In this document: positions 1-10,000 of the stretch, piece after piece
Position numbering within the stretch: the stretch's first letter is position 1
How the letters are laid out: every line of letters starts with the position of its first letter
Assembly (NCBI GenBank): GCA_963727455.1
Contig: CAVSGG010000008.1
Location: forward strand, 1 to 64,000
DNA: 64,000 nt
DNA from: Candidatus Krumholzibacteriota bacterium
Lineage (GTDB): Bacteria > Krumholzibacteriota > Krumholzibacteriia > JAJRXK01
Direction: 5' to 3'
Notes under the pieces: model-generated
Seen by the model: the letters and a program-made list of their open reading frames with translations, nothing else
Database searches by the model: none
What the model was told of the DNA's origin: nothing
Translations under genes and position numbers: made by a program

Positions 1-76
1 TGGCCAGGCGGAAGCTCCGCTTCTCTCGCAGAAGAGCGGTGAGGGCCTCAGGTGGCGGATACGGCGCGAAACTCAT
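1..76 (-). CDS. 5' end of a gene running off the window; probably DHH-family phosphoesterase (NrnA-like)
   Basis: ATG at 76-74 overlaps the rbfA stop (TAATG). Translates MSFAPYPPPEALTALLREKRSFRLA... The call rests mainly on the common rbfA-nrnA-truB gene order. Confidence 0.45.
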   Translation of the reverse strand, partial: MSFAPYPPPEALTALLREKRSFRLA

Positions 77-462
77 TACTCGCTCTCTTTCTTGCGTTCA
101 AACTCGTCGTCATCCGTAGTCTCGCCCGATTCGGGCGCGAGATCCTCGAGGATTTCCTCCAAACGAAACGACCGATCCAGACTCTCGTCGTAGAGAAATA
201 TGAGTCGCGGGATGGTCCGCAGCCGCAGGGAATCTCCGATGATTCCGCGGAGGAAGCTCGCGCTGCTCTTGAGGCCGGCTTGACACTTACGCCGGTCTTC
301 GCCCTCCTCCATGACAGTATAGAATACACGCGCGATTGTCTTATCCCGATTCAGCCTCACCTCGTTGATGGTGACAAAACCGATACGCGGGTCCTTCACC
401 CTGGTGCTCAGGGCTTCGGCGATGATGCGCCGCAGCGTCTCTTCCAGATGTCCTTCGCGCAT
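76..462 (-). CDS. rbfA: 30S ribosome-binding factor A
   Basis: VKDPRIGFVTINEV..., GFLR-like SFLRG and LRTIPRLIFLYDES motifs; located downstream of infB. Confidence 0.95.
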   Translation of the reverse strand: MREGHLEETLRRIIAEALSTRVKDPRIGFVTINEVRLNRDKTIARVFYTVMEEGEDRRKCQAGLKSSASFLRGIIGDSLRLRTIPRLIFLYDESLDRSFRLEEILEDLAPESGETTDDDEFERKKESE

Positions 463-472
463 GGACTCTCCC

Positions 473-754
473 CTAGAAATACTCCACCACGCGATGAACG
501 ACCTCCAGCCGCACGTCCGCGTCGAGAAAACGAGTCACTTGCTCCAGAACACGATCCACGAGAGCTCTCTCCTCCGCCACCACCGCGATACCCAACTCGG
601 CCTCGGTCCAGCTGTCCTTCTGGCCGATCTCAGCAATACTCAGATTGAAACGGTTGGAGAGCCGCGTCTTGACGCTCGACATCACTCTTCGCTTCTCCTT
701 GAGGGAGCTGGACGCCTGAAGACGCAGCAAGAGATGCAGGGATGCGACGATCAT
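473..754 (-). CDS. DUF503 (YlxP-like) protein
   Basis: SSLKEKRRVMSS..RFNLSIAEIGQKDSW signature; lies between infB and rbfA. Confidence 0.9.
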   Translation of the reverse strand: MIVASLHLLLRLQASSSLKEKRRVMSSVKTRLSNRFNLSIAEIGQKDSWTEAELGIAVVAEERALVDRVLEQVTRFLDADVRLEVVHRVVEYF

Positions 755-834
755 CGACTCGTAGCGCGTCCGGGGAGATCCGGCTCCTTCGAGGCATCAC
801 CGGAGTCTCCCTTGCGGCCCGGACCAAGCGGGGA

Positions 835-3495
835 CTAGAGCTCCTGTTCCACTTCTTCGATTTCGTAGGTCTGCAAGGTGTCGCCCACCTGGACGTCCTG
901 GTAGCCTTCCACCCCGATGCCGCACTCGAAGCCAGCCTGGACTTCGCGCGCGTCATCCTTGAATCGCCTCAGAGAGGAGATCACGCCCTCGTAGATCTGT
1001 ACCTGGTCGCGGATGACCTTGACGCGGCTGTTTCGCTTGATCGTGCCTTCCACCACCATGCAACCTGCGATCAATCCCACGCGAGGAACCTTGAAGGTCT
1101 CGCGCACCTCGGCCGCGCCCGAGGCGACCTCTCTCTCCACCGGCTTCAGCAGACCGCTCATGGCTTGCCTGACCTCATCCACGGCCTCGTAGATGACGTT
1201 ATAGGTGTGGATCTCCACGTTTTGCCGCTTGGCGGCGTTGCGTACTCCGGCCGGAGGATGCAAGTGGAATCCCACGATGATGGCATCGCTGGCCGCGGCC
1301 AGGTTCACATCGCTCTCGGTGATCCCGCCCACCGCCTTGTGGATGACGTTCACCGTCACCTTTTCGGTGCTCAAGTTCATGAGCGAATCGCACAGCGCTT
1401 CGACCGAACCCGCCACGTCGCCCTTGACCAGAAGATTGAGCTCCTGGGCTTCGCCGCCCTGGATCTTGTCGAAGAGGTTTTCGAGAGTCGTACCGCGGTG
1501 CAGCTCGTGCAGGTTCTGTTCACGCTGCACCTGCTGGCGTTTGGTGGCGACCTCCCTGGCCTGTCTCTCGTCCTCGTAGGTGGTGAAGCTGTCGCCCGCG
1601 AGGGGCACTCCGTTCGCACCCAGAACCACCGCTGGTTCGCCAGGAAGAACGGTCTCGACTTCTTCGTTGTATTCGTTGCGAAGGGCCCGCACGCGACCGT
1701 CAGTCAGACCCGCAACGAAGGCATCACCCTTGTGAAGTGAACCCTGGCTCACCAAGACGGTGAAGGTCACTCCCCTACCCGGGTCCTTCTGGGACTCGAT
1801 CACCACTCCTCGCGCGCGGCCTTCCTGCACCGCCGTGAGTTCCATGACCTCGGCCTGCAGGGCAATCGCCTCGAGAAGTTGGTCGACGTTGGTCCCCTTC
1901 TTGGCGCTGATCTCCACGCACTGCACGTCTCCGCCGAATTCCTCCACGAGCACGTTGTGCTGCATGAGCTGCTGCTTCACGCCCATCACATCGGCGGATG
2001 GAAGATCGATCTTGTTGATCGCGATCACGATGGGACAGTCCGAAGCGCGTGCGTGATCGATCGCTTCCACCGTCTGCGGCATCACCTTGTCGTCCGCCGC
2101 AACCACGATCACCACGATGTCGGTGACCTGAGCACCGCGCGCGCGCATCGCCGAAAAGGCCTCGTGACCCGGTGTATCCAGGAAAGTGACTTTCCCCTTG
2201 GAAGTCTCCACCTGATAGGCGCCGATGTGCTGGGTGATTCCTCCCGCCTCGTCGGCGATCACGTTGGTCTTGCGAATGTAATCGAGAAGGCTCGTCTTGC
2301 CGTGGTCGACATGTCCCATGACGGTGACCACCGGCATCCGCGGAAGAAGCTCGCCCTGCAATTCTTCTTCCTCGGCCTCGATGTCCTCTTCGTACTCGTC
2401 GAGCCATTCGATTTCGATCTCGTAGCTCTGGGCCAAATACTCGATCATGTCGCGATCGAGCCGCTGGTTGATGGTGGCCATGGCACCCATGCTCATGAGC
2501 TTGGCGATGATCTCAGTCGCCTTGACGTCGAGCTGGTGAGCCAGCTCCTGCACCGTGATGTACTCGGTGACGCGGAGGACGTCCTGCCTGGTGTGCTGCG
2601 CCTCTTCCCGCGCGCGATGCCGAGCCGCCCTTTCCTTCTTGCCTTCCCGCGCCTTTCTCGAGCCACCGCGTCTCGTCGGCGTCGCCGGACGACGACTACG
2701 GCTCACGTCGATCCGTGAAAGCGACTGCCGTACCCTCTGTTGGATCGCCGAGGCATCGATGTTCTTGCGCGGTGCGCCCGATTCGGTGCTCTTGCGCATG
2801 CTCTCCAGCACTTCCCGGGTGGTCTTTGCCTCGGGAGTTCCCGCGCCCTCGTCCTGCTTCGCCGATTTCTTGGCCGGACGCTTGCGTTGGGGCTCCGGCT
2901 TGGCCATTCGGATCTTGCCCTCGTCGTGGATCTGCGCCCGCACGCGCGCAGCAGCCTTGGCCACCTGGCTCATGTCGGGCCGCGCAGGTTTCGCGGGGGC
3001 CTTTTCCTTGGCCTTCTTGGGCTGTGCGGCCGTGGCATCCTGGCTCTCGGCGGCCGGTGCCTCGCTCTTCTTTTCCTTGGGAGGCACCACGCGGGGCTGC
3101 ACGCGAGGCCGTCGCTTCAGCTTGGGCGCCTCGGCGCTCTCCTGAGGAGCAGCCTCTTTGGTCGCACTCTTCTTGGCGTCTTTTTCCGCGGCGGGAGCGG
3201 CGGAATCCTGCTTCTTGGCCAGCTTGCGCTTCGCAGCGAGTTTCTCGCGCGCCGTCATGCGCTTCGGCTTCGGCTTGGCCCGCTCCACCTCGTAACGCGG
3301 TGCCTTGTCGACCACCGGTGCCTCCCCCTTGGCGCTTTTGGCAAAGCGCTCGGCAAGGAGAGCCGCATCTTCGTCGTTCACCACCGTCATATGCGATTTC
3401 GCCAGGATACCCAGCTCCTCGAGGATGGTGAGCAGAGTCTTGCTGCTCACGTCATATTTCTTGGCGAGTTCGTAAACACGCATCTCGTCAACCAC
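835..3495 (-). CDS. infB: Translation initiation factor IF-2
   Basis: MRVYELAK N-domain; GHVDHGKT, DTPGHEAF and NKID G-motifs; GFECGI C-terminus. The start could be ATG 3483. Confidence 0.98.
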   Translation of the reverse strand: MVDEMRVYELAKKYDVSSKTLLTILEELGILAKSHMTVVNDEDAALLAERFAKSAKGEAPVVDKAPRYEVERAKPKPKRMTAREKLAAKRKLAKKQDSAAPAAEKDAKKSATKEAAPQESAEAPKLKRRPRVQPRVVPPKEKKSEAPAAESQDATAAQPKKAKEKAPAKPARPDMSQVAKAAARVRAQIHDEGKIRMAKPEPQRKRPAKKSAKQDEGAGTPEAKTTREVLESMRKSTESGAPRKNIDASAIQQRVRQSLSRIDVSRSRRPATPTRRGGSRKAREGKKERAARHRAREEAQHTRQDVLRVTEYITVQELAHQLDVKATEIIAKLMSMGAMATINQRLDRDMIEYLAQSYEIEIEWLDEYEEDIEAEEEELQGELLPRMPVVTVMGHVDHGKTSLLDYIRKTNVIADEAGGITQHIGAYQVETSKGKVTFLDTPGHEAFSAMRARGAQVTDIVVIVVAADDKVMPQTVEAIDHARASDCPIVIAINKIDLPSADVMGVKQQLMQHNVLVEEFGGDVQCVEISAKKGTNVDQLLEAIALQAEVMELTAVQEGRARGVVIESQKDPGRGVTFTVLVSQGSLHKGDAFVAGLTDGRVRALRNEYNEEVETVLPGEPAVVLGANGVPLAGDSFTTYEDERQAREVATKRQQVQREQNLHELHRGTTLENLFDKIQGGEAQELNLLVKGDVAGSVEALCDSLMNLSTEKVTVNVIHKAVGGITESDVNLAAASDAIIVGFHLHPPAGVRNAAKRQNVEIHTYNVIYEAVDEVRQAMSGLLKPVEREVASGAAEVRETFKVPRVGLIAGCMVVEGTIKRNSRVKVIRDQVQIYEGVISSLRRFKDDAREVQAGFECGIGVEGYQDVQVGDTLQTYEIEEVEQEL

Positions 3496-3499
3496 TCTC

Positions 3500-3832
3500 C
3501 TAGGACAGTTTCCCCAGGTATTTCATCACGCCGGCCACGAATGCCGGCTCACATACCGAAACTACGGAGAGAAGCCGGCGCCCAAACGCGGCGGCCAGTT
3601 CGTCTCCGCCGAAGCTCTCAGCATCCAGGCGGGCCGAGCCCAGATCGCGCTCGATCTTGGCCCGCAAATCGGCTCCCGCATCCCGAGAGAGAAAGACCAC
3701 GCCGCCCTGCCCCTGATGAAGGGCCCGCAGCACCGGTCCGGATCCGAGGTTGAGCTTCCCAGCTCTGAGCGCGAGACCGAGCAGACGCAAAATTGCCTGC
3801 CGAGATTGAGGGTCCTCGCCTCTGCTGTCCAT
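3500..3832 (-). CDS. L7Ae/L30e-family RNA-binding protein (YlxQ-like)
   Basis: LLGLALRAGKL..G and ELAAAFGR motifs; between nusA and infB. Confidence 0.85.
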   Translation of the reverse strand: MDSRGEDPQSRQAILRLLGLALRAGKLNLGSGPVLRALHQGQGGVVFLSRDAGADLRAKIERDLGSARLDAESFGGDELAAAFGRRLLSVVSVCEPAFVAGVMKYLGKLS

Positions 3833-3838
3833 ACTCTC

Positions 3839-5302
3839 CTAACCGGCGTCGTTCTCTTTTTTGAAGAGATCGTCCTCGGTGAGGGGCTTCTCTTCCTCGC
3901 CCTCTTCCTCTTTCACCAGCTCCTCGGCGAAGATGTCGCTCTCCTCGAGCTTCTTCTCCTCGGTCGGCTGTTCGCCGAAGATCTCCTCGTCGAAGACCGG
4001 CACCGAGAGAGCGGCCTTTTCCTTCTCCACCATCTCCTCGACCTGCTTGCGCACCTCTTCCATGGTGGCCTGCGCGGTGGCGATGAGTTGCTCCAGGGTC
4101 TTCAGGTCGAGGACCGGAATCTCGTCGATCTTCTCGTCCGAGATGGTCGCCAGCTCTTCCACGCTGGTGATCCCAGCTTCCTTGAGGCAGCGCGCGGCTT
4201 CCTCGTCGACCCCGACGAGATCCCCCACGTCCATCTGGAAGGCCTCGCTGAAGCGCTGGCGCAGATGGTACTCGCTCGCGCTAACCAGATCGATGCGCCA
4301 CCCGGTGAGCTTCGCCGCCAAGCGCACGTTCTTGCCCTCGCGCCCGATGGCGAGGCTGAGTTGATCGTCATCCACGATGGCAGTGGCGCTTCCCGCCTCT
4401 TCGTCCAGACTGATGTGATTGACCCGCGCCGGAGAGAGCGCTCGCGTGATGAGACCGATGGTATCGGCGCTCCACGGCACGATGTCGATCTTCTCTCCGC
4501 TGAGCTCGCGCGTGACCGCTTGAACGCGGGAACCCTTCATCCCCACGCACGAACCCACCGCGTCGACCCGATCGTCGTGACTGACGACCGCGATCTTGGA
4601 GCGCGTGCCCGATTCGCGCGCCACGGCCTTGATTTCCACGATTCCCTCTTCGATTTCCGGCACTTCCGATTCGAAGAGCGACTTCAAAAAGCCAGGGTGG
4701 GTGCGCGAGAGAATGATCTGCGGACCCTTCGTGTTGTTCTGGACCTCCATGATGAAGGCCTTGATCTGCTTGCCCTGATGGTAGTTCTCGCCCTTGATCC
4801 TCTCGCGGAAGGGCAGCAACGCCTCCACCCGGTTGATGTTCACCAGGATGTTGCCACGGTCGACCTGCTGCACCATCCCCACCACCACTTCACCCACGCG
4901 ATCGCGAAATTCCTCGTAGACGTTGCCGCGCTCGGCCTCGCGGACTTTCTGCAGGAGTACTTGCTTGGCGACTCCGATCGCATTGCGACCAAAATCGGCG
5001 ATATCCAGGTAGATCTTGACCGTGTCCCCGACTTCCAGATCCTCCCCGAACTCCAGTTGTGCCTCTTCCAGGCTGATCTCGCTCTCATGATCGGCCACCC
5101 GCTGCACCACGCGCTTCCGCTGGAGGATATCGATCTCACCGGTCTCGAAATCCACGTCCACCTGGATGTCGGCGTTGAGGCCCACCTTCTTTTTCGCCGC
5201 GGACTGCAATCCCACCGTGAGGCTCTCGACCAGCGTGCGCTGATCGACGTTCTTCTCACGGCTGAGAGCGGAAAGCGCGTCCAGGATGTTGTAATCCATC
5301 AT
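3839..5302 (-). CDS. nusA: Transcription termination/antitermination factor NusA
   Basis: FGRNAIGVAKQV, S1 domain, KH motifs ARESGTRSKIAV and SLAIGREGKNVRLA, HhH and acidic tail. Start trimmed to ATG 5302, which overlaps the rimP stop. Confidence 0.97.
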   Translation of the reverse strand: MMDYNILDALSALSREKNVDQRTLVESLTVGLQSAAKKKVGLNADIQVDVDFETGEIDILQRKRVVQRVADHESEISLEEAQLEFGEDLEVGDTVKIYLDIADFGRNAIGVAKQVLLQKVREAERGNVYEEFRDRVGEVVVGMVQQVDRGNILVNINRVEALLPFRERIKGENYHQGKQIKAFIMEVQNNTKGPQIILSRTHPGFLKSLFESEVPEIEEGIVEIKAVARESGTRSKIAVVSHDDRVDAVGSCVGMKGSRVQAVTRELSGEKIDIVPWSADTIGLITRALSPARVNHISLDEEAGSATAIVDDDQLSLAIGREGKNVRLAAKLTGWRIDLVSASEYHLRQRFSEAFQMDVGDLVGVDEEAARCLKEAGITSVEELATISDEKIDEIPVLDLKTLEQLIATAQATMEEVRKQVEEMVEKEKAALSVPVFDEEIFGEQPTEEKKLEESDIFAEELVKEEEGEEEKPLTEDDLFKKENDAG

Positions 5303-5841
5303 CTTCCCTTCTTGGATCCACGGGCTTTGCGCCCTTTGGCGGCCGTGTCCTTCTTGGGCTTCCCGATCTTGAGTTCGGGGTCCAAGCGGGCATTCTTCAA
5401 GGCGCTTCTCGCGATGAACACCGCGTCGGCGTCCTCGGGTTGCAGAGTGATTCCCTTCTCGTCCGTCTTGCTCAAGCGCCCCCGGATCTGCGTCGTCTCG
5501 CTGCTTCCTTCTTCCTTGAGGACAGTCGCCTTGATCCACTCCCCGAGGTAGCGCTCGAAATGCTCCGGACGGCGCAAGCGGCGGAAAATCCCCGGTGAGG
5601 ATACCTCCACCACATAACGGCCCAAGCTGGCCTCGTCGGCTTCCAGGGCGCGGCTGATGGCCCGGTCCATCTCCGCGCAGTCATCCACCGTGACTCCGCC
5701 GGGCTTGTCGATCACGAAGCGCAAGGTCAAACGCCCGCCGCCGTGGAGGGTCTCCACCTCCAGAAGCTCGAAGCCGTGGAGAGCGAGCTCTTCCTGAAAT
5801 CTCTCTTCGAGATCCCGTGCGCTGATCCGCGGCCCGGACAT
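5299..5841 (-). CDS. rimP: Ribosome maturation factor RimP
   Basis: IDKPGGVTVDDC and YVVEVSSPGIFRRL motifs; start trimmed to ATG 5841. Confidence 0.95.
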   Translation of the reverse strand: MSGPRISARDLEERFQEELALHGFELLEVETLHGGGRLTLRFVIDKPGGVTVDDCAEMDRAISRALEADEASLGRYVVEVSSPGIFRRLRRPEHFERYLGEWIKATVLKEEGSSETTQIRGRLSKTDEKGITLQPEDADAVFIARSALKNARLDPELKIGKPKKDTAAKGRKARGSKKGR

Positions 5842-5871
5842 AGACCCCTCTCGCCGCCTCGAACACCAGAC

Positions 5872-5900
5872 AAGAAAAAAGTGGACGTGCCCGCCCACTT
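5872..5900 (-). promoter_or_regulatory. rimP leader terminator/attenuator hairpin
   Basis: Minus strand AAGTGGGC-GGGCAC-GTCCACTT-TTTTCTT: short stem plus U-tract about 30 nt before rimP, matching the known rimP-leader architecture. Confidence 0.75.
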
Positions 5901-6012
5901 CCCAGCCGCTTCGCACTCCATGGAATACCACAGAATCAGAAAAGCGTCTACGGCCCTGCAATTTAGGGGGGAATCGCGCTTCGCGCCAGATGAATTCAGC
6001 GCGCCTTCGAAT

Positions 6013-6861
6013 TCAGGATCCCTGCTGGAAATCCTCGTAAAGCAGTGCCACCAGTAGATCTCCGACCTGTTGGAGGCTCGCGGCCGAGCAGGCGGGCAGA
6101 TCGTCCTGCAGGGTGTGCCATTGGCGGTAGTCGAGATCGATGAGATCGATGGATTCGACCCCGTTCAGGAGGAAGGGGATGTGATCGTCCAGAATGGCCT
6201 GCCCGGGGACGCTCACGAAGGCGGATAGACCCAAAGAGGCCGCCTTGGAGAAGACCAGGAAGCTCAGCTGCTGCGCTCTTTGCAGCCCATTGCGCTCCAT
6301 GGGGATGGACAGGTTCTTGCCGGCCACCATGTCCAAGAGGATGAGCGCGCGCGGCCGGTAGCGCGGATGGGCCGCCGCGTACTGCTTGGAGCCCAGCAGG
6401 TAGTACTGCGTATCGCCCTCCTTCCCATAATCCTCCCCATCGAAGAACAGGAGGTCGACCCCGATGGTCGAAAGAGGGTGCTCCTTCAGGATCCGCACCA
6501 TTGCGAGCAGCACGGCCACGCCGCTACCCCCGTCGTTGGCCCCGGGAATCGGCTTGTCCACGGCTCCTCCCGGCTGCTGGTCCGCGCGCGGGCGGGTATC
6601 CCAATGGGCGGCCAGGGCGATGCGTCGTGTCCGTTCCGGGTAGAAGGAGGCGCGGAGATTGGTCAGCTTCAGGGTTTTCGGACCATAGGGATCCTCGAGT
6701 TCGAAAGGTTCACTCACCATTTGGTCGGCATGGGCCTTCAGCTGCTTCTGCAACCAGAGCAGGCAGGCCGCATGACCGGGGGAACCCGGATTGCGCGGAC
6801 CGAACTTCAGCTGTGCCGCGATGAGTTCGAAGGCGGTCTTTCCGTCGAAGGAGGGGGCCAT
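6013..6861 (-). CDS. M28-family zinc enzyme, glutaminyl-peptide cyclotransferase-like; the signal-peptide-coding 5' end appears frameshifted
   Basis: AHWDTRP, GANDGGSG, FDGEDYG, LLDMV, DDHIPF and WHT motifs; signal-peptide-like VLLIALISLPARA lies in another frame at about 6900-6940. Confidence 0.85.
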   Translation of the reverse strand: MAPSFDGKTAFELIAAQLKFGPRNPGSPGHAACLLWLQKQLKAHADQMVSEPFELEDPYGPKTLKLTNLRASFYPERTRRIALAAHWDTRPRADQQPGGAVDKPIPGANDGGSGVAVLLAMVRILKEHPLSTIGVDLLFFDGEDYGKEGDTQYYLLGSKQYAAAHPRYRPRALILLDMVAGKNLSIPMERNGLQRAQQLSFLVFSKAASLGLSAFVSVPGQAILDDHIPFLLNGVESIDLIDLDYRQWHTLQDDLPACSAASLQQVGDLLVALLYEDFQQGS

Positions 6862-7008
6862 GCGAGAGGATTGAGCTTCCCTCCGCGCCCGCGTCGCCGT
6901 CGGCGCGCGCGGGGAGCGAAATCAGAGCGATAAGGAGCACTCCCGCGAGCGAGGGGGCGGCTCAGTCGAAGCGAGCGGGCGAAAGAACAGAGTCATGGTC
7001 GTGCTCGC

Positions 7009-10000
7009 TCAGAATGTGAATGTCGCGTTGAACCCGAGACTGAAACTGGTCGAACCGTTGCGCGTGTTCGCAAGGTCCTTCGATTTGGAGAAACCGAGGT
7101 TCATGCCGGCATTCAGGGCGCGGCTGAACTGATAATTGAAGCGCGGCCGGATACTGTAGCTCCGGGTTCCGCTCAACTGGTCCTCCCGGTTGTTCTCCAG
7201 TTTACGCGAAGAGCTTCGCTGATCGAAGGCGAGATCGATCGTCATGTCGATCGTCGACCCGGTGCCTTTCTTGCCAAAGCGAAGAAATTTGAGGGCCCCG
7301 TTGGCGTCGAAGTTCTTTGAAAACTGCACGTTGACTCCGATGCGCTTGGAGGCGTTTTCCTTACCGGCCGACTGTGTCACGTCCTTGGTGACGTTTACGT
7401 TGACATTGGCCGCAACGTCGTTCTTGAAGCGTACATTCCACCGCGGCTGAATGCTCTGGGTCCTGATGCGGTGTCCCCGCGTTGACCGAGGTGACTCCAG
7501 AGGTGGTCTGCGTGTTGCGATAGGCGAAATCGATGGAGGAATTCGCCATCGATTCGCCGAAGATCCGCCACTTGTGGACGTTTTGGATCTTGAGGGTCAC
7601 CACAGGCCATTGACGGCTCGTGTTCTTGCGCCCGCTCTGCAAGTTGCTGGACTGCGTGTCCCAGTTGCGCGAGTAAGACAGATCCATGCGGATGTCGTTG
7701 TTCAGTTTCGTTTGAGTGCTCACGCTGAGGTTGTTTGACGGACGGTGATTGTACGAACTGAACTGATCGTCGATGGGGTTCCCTGCCGCGTCGTACTGAC
7801 TGCCAGCGCCCTTTACGCGCGGGTCGTCCAGTAATCCCAGGCGGAAGCCCAATGCCGCACGATTGCTGGCGTGTTGATAGCTGTTCTGGCGCCGCTGATT
7901 GTAGCTGACTCGAAACGGTTGCAGCCCCCGTAGCGCATTGGTGATGGGGCTGAAAAGCGCCGACAAGGCAGCTCCGGGGTCTATACGTTGGCCTTCGGCT
8001 TCGTCCTCTTGGCCCGGCTGCTCCTTTGGCTTCTGCGCAGGCGCTGCCACCTCGGTTTGGCCGGCACGCCCGGGAGGGGCTGCCGGAGGAAGGGCGGGCT
8101 TGGCCCCTCGCGTGGAATCCGCCTCCGCGGGGGTGGTCTTGACCCTCGTCTCGGAGCTGTCCGCGGAGCTTCCCTGCATGGGGGGTAGCACCACGCCCAG
8201 GCCCATGGGTATCGCCCCGGCTCGCGTCGAGTCGGCGGCGGCAGCACCGGTACTGTCCGCGGGGGCCAAGCTAGGAGCTTCCTGAACCTGCGGGTGGGGT
8301 GGCGGGACCTTTTCCACACCCGACGGGCCGGTTGACGGGAGGCTCGAGCTCCGTTCCCGTTTCTTGCGCTCTTGTGCCTTGCGTTCGCGCGGCAGGTTTT
8401 GCCGGGGAGACATACGTCGTGCTCCCCCGCTACCGAGGATTTTCTGGAAGAAACGGTTGAGCCCGACCTCACCCCGCACCGTGAGATCGCCGGAATTGCT
8501 GAGGTGACGCACCGGCGCCGGATCCAGGTAGATGGTGACGTCTTCTTCCTCCCCGGTGTCGGGGTTCACGCGTTTTTCGACGCGTGTGCGTCGCACCGAG
8601 ACCGCCCGGTTCTCGCTGTAGCTCCCGGTGAACTGGATGTCCGGCTTCAACCAACTGATCCCAGGGAAGAGGGGCGTGTAGTTAGCACTGAAACGTTCGG
8701 TATGCGAGTTTTCGGCACCCCAGTTGACTCCCAGAAATTCGACTTTCTTCTCGTCTATCACCGCGCCGGTGTCATCCACGATCAGTTGCCTGCGGTCCGG
8801 ATCACGCAAGGATCGGATGCTGTACAAGAGTCTTAGATTGCGTGCGGGGGACCAAGCGATGGAGGCGGTGTTGGACACTCCTCGATGCGAAGTTCCCGTG
8901 AGCTGGTAACTCCCATCCTCGAACTTGTTGGTTGTCTTGGTTTCGTCCTTGCTCCACACGCTGCCCAAGGAGAGCTGGTTCGGAAGATAGCGAAAGTCGT
9001 ACCCCAGGATGGGGATCGTGACGATCCCACGCGTGGCGAAGTTCAGATCGTAGTTGTATTGGGAGTTGCTGCTGAGCCGCCGAGTGTTTTGCCGGGGAGA
9101 ACTCCGTCGGCTTCGCGTTCGGCTATAGGAATAGGAGAGTCGGTCCACGGTATAGGCGAGAACTTTGTTCTGGCTCGTGCCCTGTTTGCGCAACTGGAAG
9201 TTGAAGCTCTCGTTGCTGTCTTTCGTGCTAAGAGAGTCCTGGAGATCGCTGTCGAAGAGCGTGATATCGTTGTTCGGGTAATACTTGGGAACGGAGGTTC
9301 GCTTGGTGGCGCTGAAACTGAAGGGAACGTCCACGCCGAAAGTCGGGATCAGGTACTGCAGCTTCGAGGAGGCGCGCATCTGCGCGTCTTGATCGGTCGA
9401 ACCGCTTCCCCGGTCCCGGTTCAATCCACGGAACTCGGCGTCAGTTTGGCTGATCGAACCCGAGAAATCTCCAAGTCCAGGGATGTTGGAACTCACGGAA
9501 AGTTGCTTGGCGTAGCCCGTCTTGCGGTTGACGCGGCGGATGCGCAGTTCGTTGAGCAGAACGTCTCCGGTGAGCAGGGGCCCCACCGGCACGCCGGTGC
9601 CATCCGTCTTTTTGGGATACCGCAATCCCGCGTAGTATCTGCGCACTCGCCTCAAGTCAGGTCGGCCACGGATCACCAGGTCGTAAATGCTCCCACTCAG
9701 ATTGTCGTGAATCGTTCCTTGGCGGATGATCTCTCCGGAGGGAAGGGTGACGTCGCGCGCGATCGAGTCGTCCACCTTGGCGCTAGTCATCTTGTCGATC
9801 GGAACTTGTACCTCGACCCAGCCGCTATTCGGATCCACTTCGACCTGGTCGAAGGGAAAGGAGATTTCGTAGTAGTTCAGAGAATCCGTGCCTACCCAAA
9901 AGAAGGGTACTAGCCCCTGTTGATCGGGATCGAGTTGGGCGGGGAGATGCACCGCCAGCGGTGCGCGCCAAAAGAAGTTCAGCTCGTTGTACTGACTGAA

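Noticed and set aside
2600-3300. Lys/Ala/Pro-rich repetitive stretch in infB
   Set aside because: Normal variable IF-2 N-terminal linker, not a DNA repeat element.
52-3753. Long + strand ORFs opposite rbfA/infB (e.g. 742-1740, 1879-2718, 2740-3753), and similar ones window-wide (3716-5551, 10511-12094, 47252-48472, 60791-62491)
   Set aside because: Antisense shadows of well-conserved genes, expected from GC-rich codon usage; no motifs or RBS support.
5303-5539. N-terminal extensions in the ORF track for nusA (and similarly EIIB, EIID, lptG, the HhH protein and the Fis protein)
   Set aside because: They overlap upstream genes; internal ATG/GTG starts coupled to upstream stop codons fit better.
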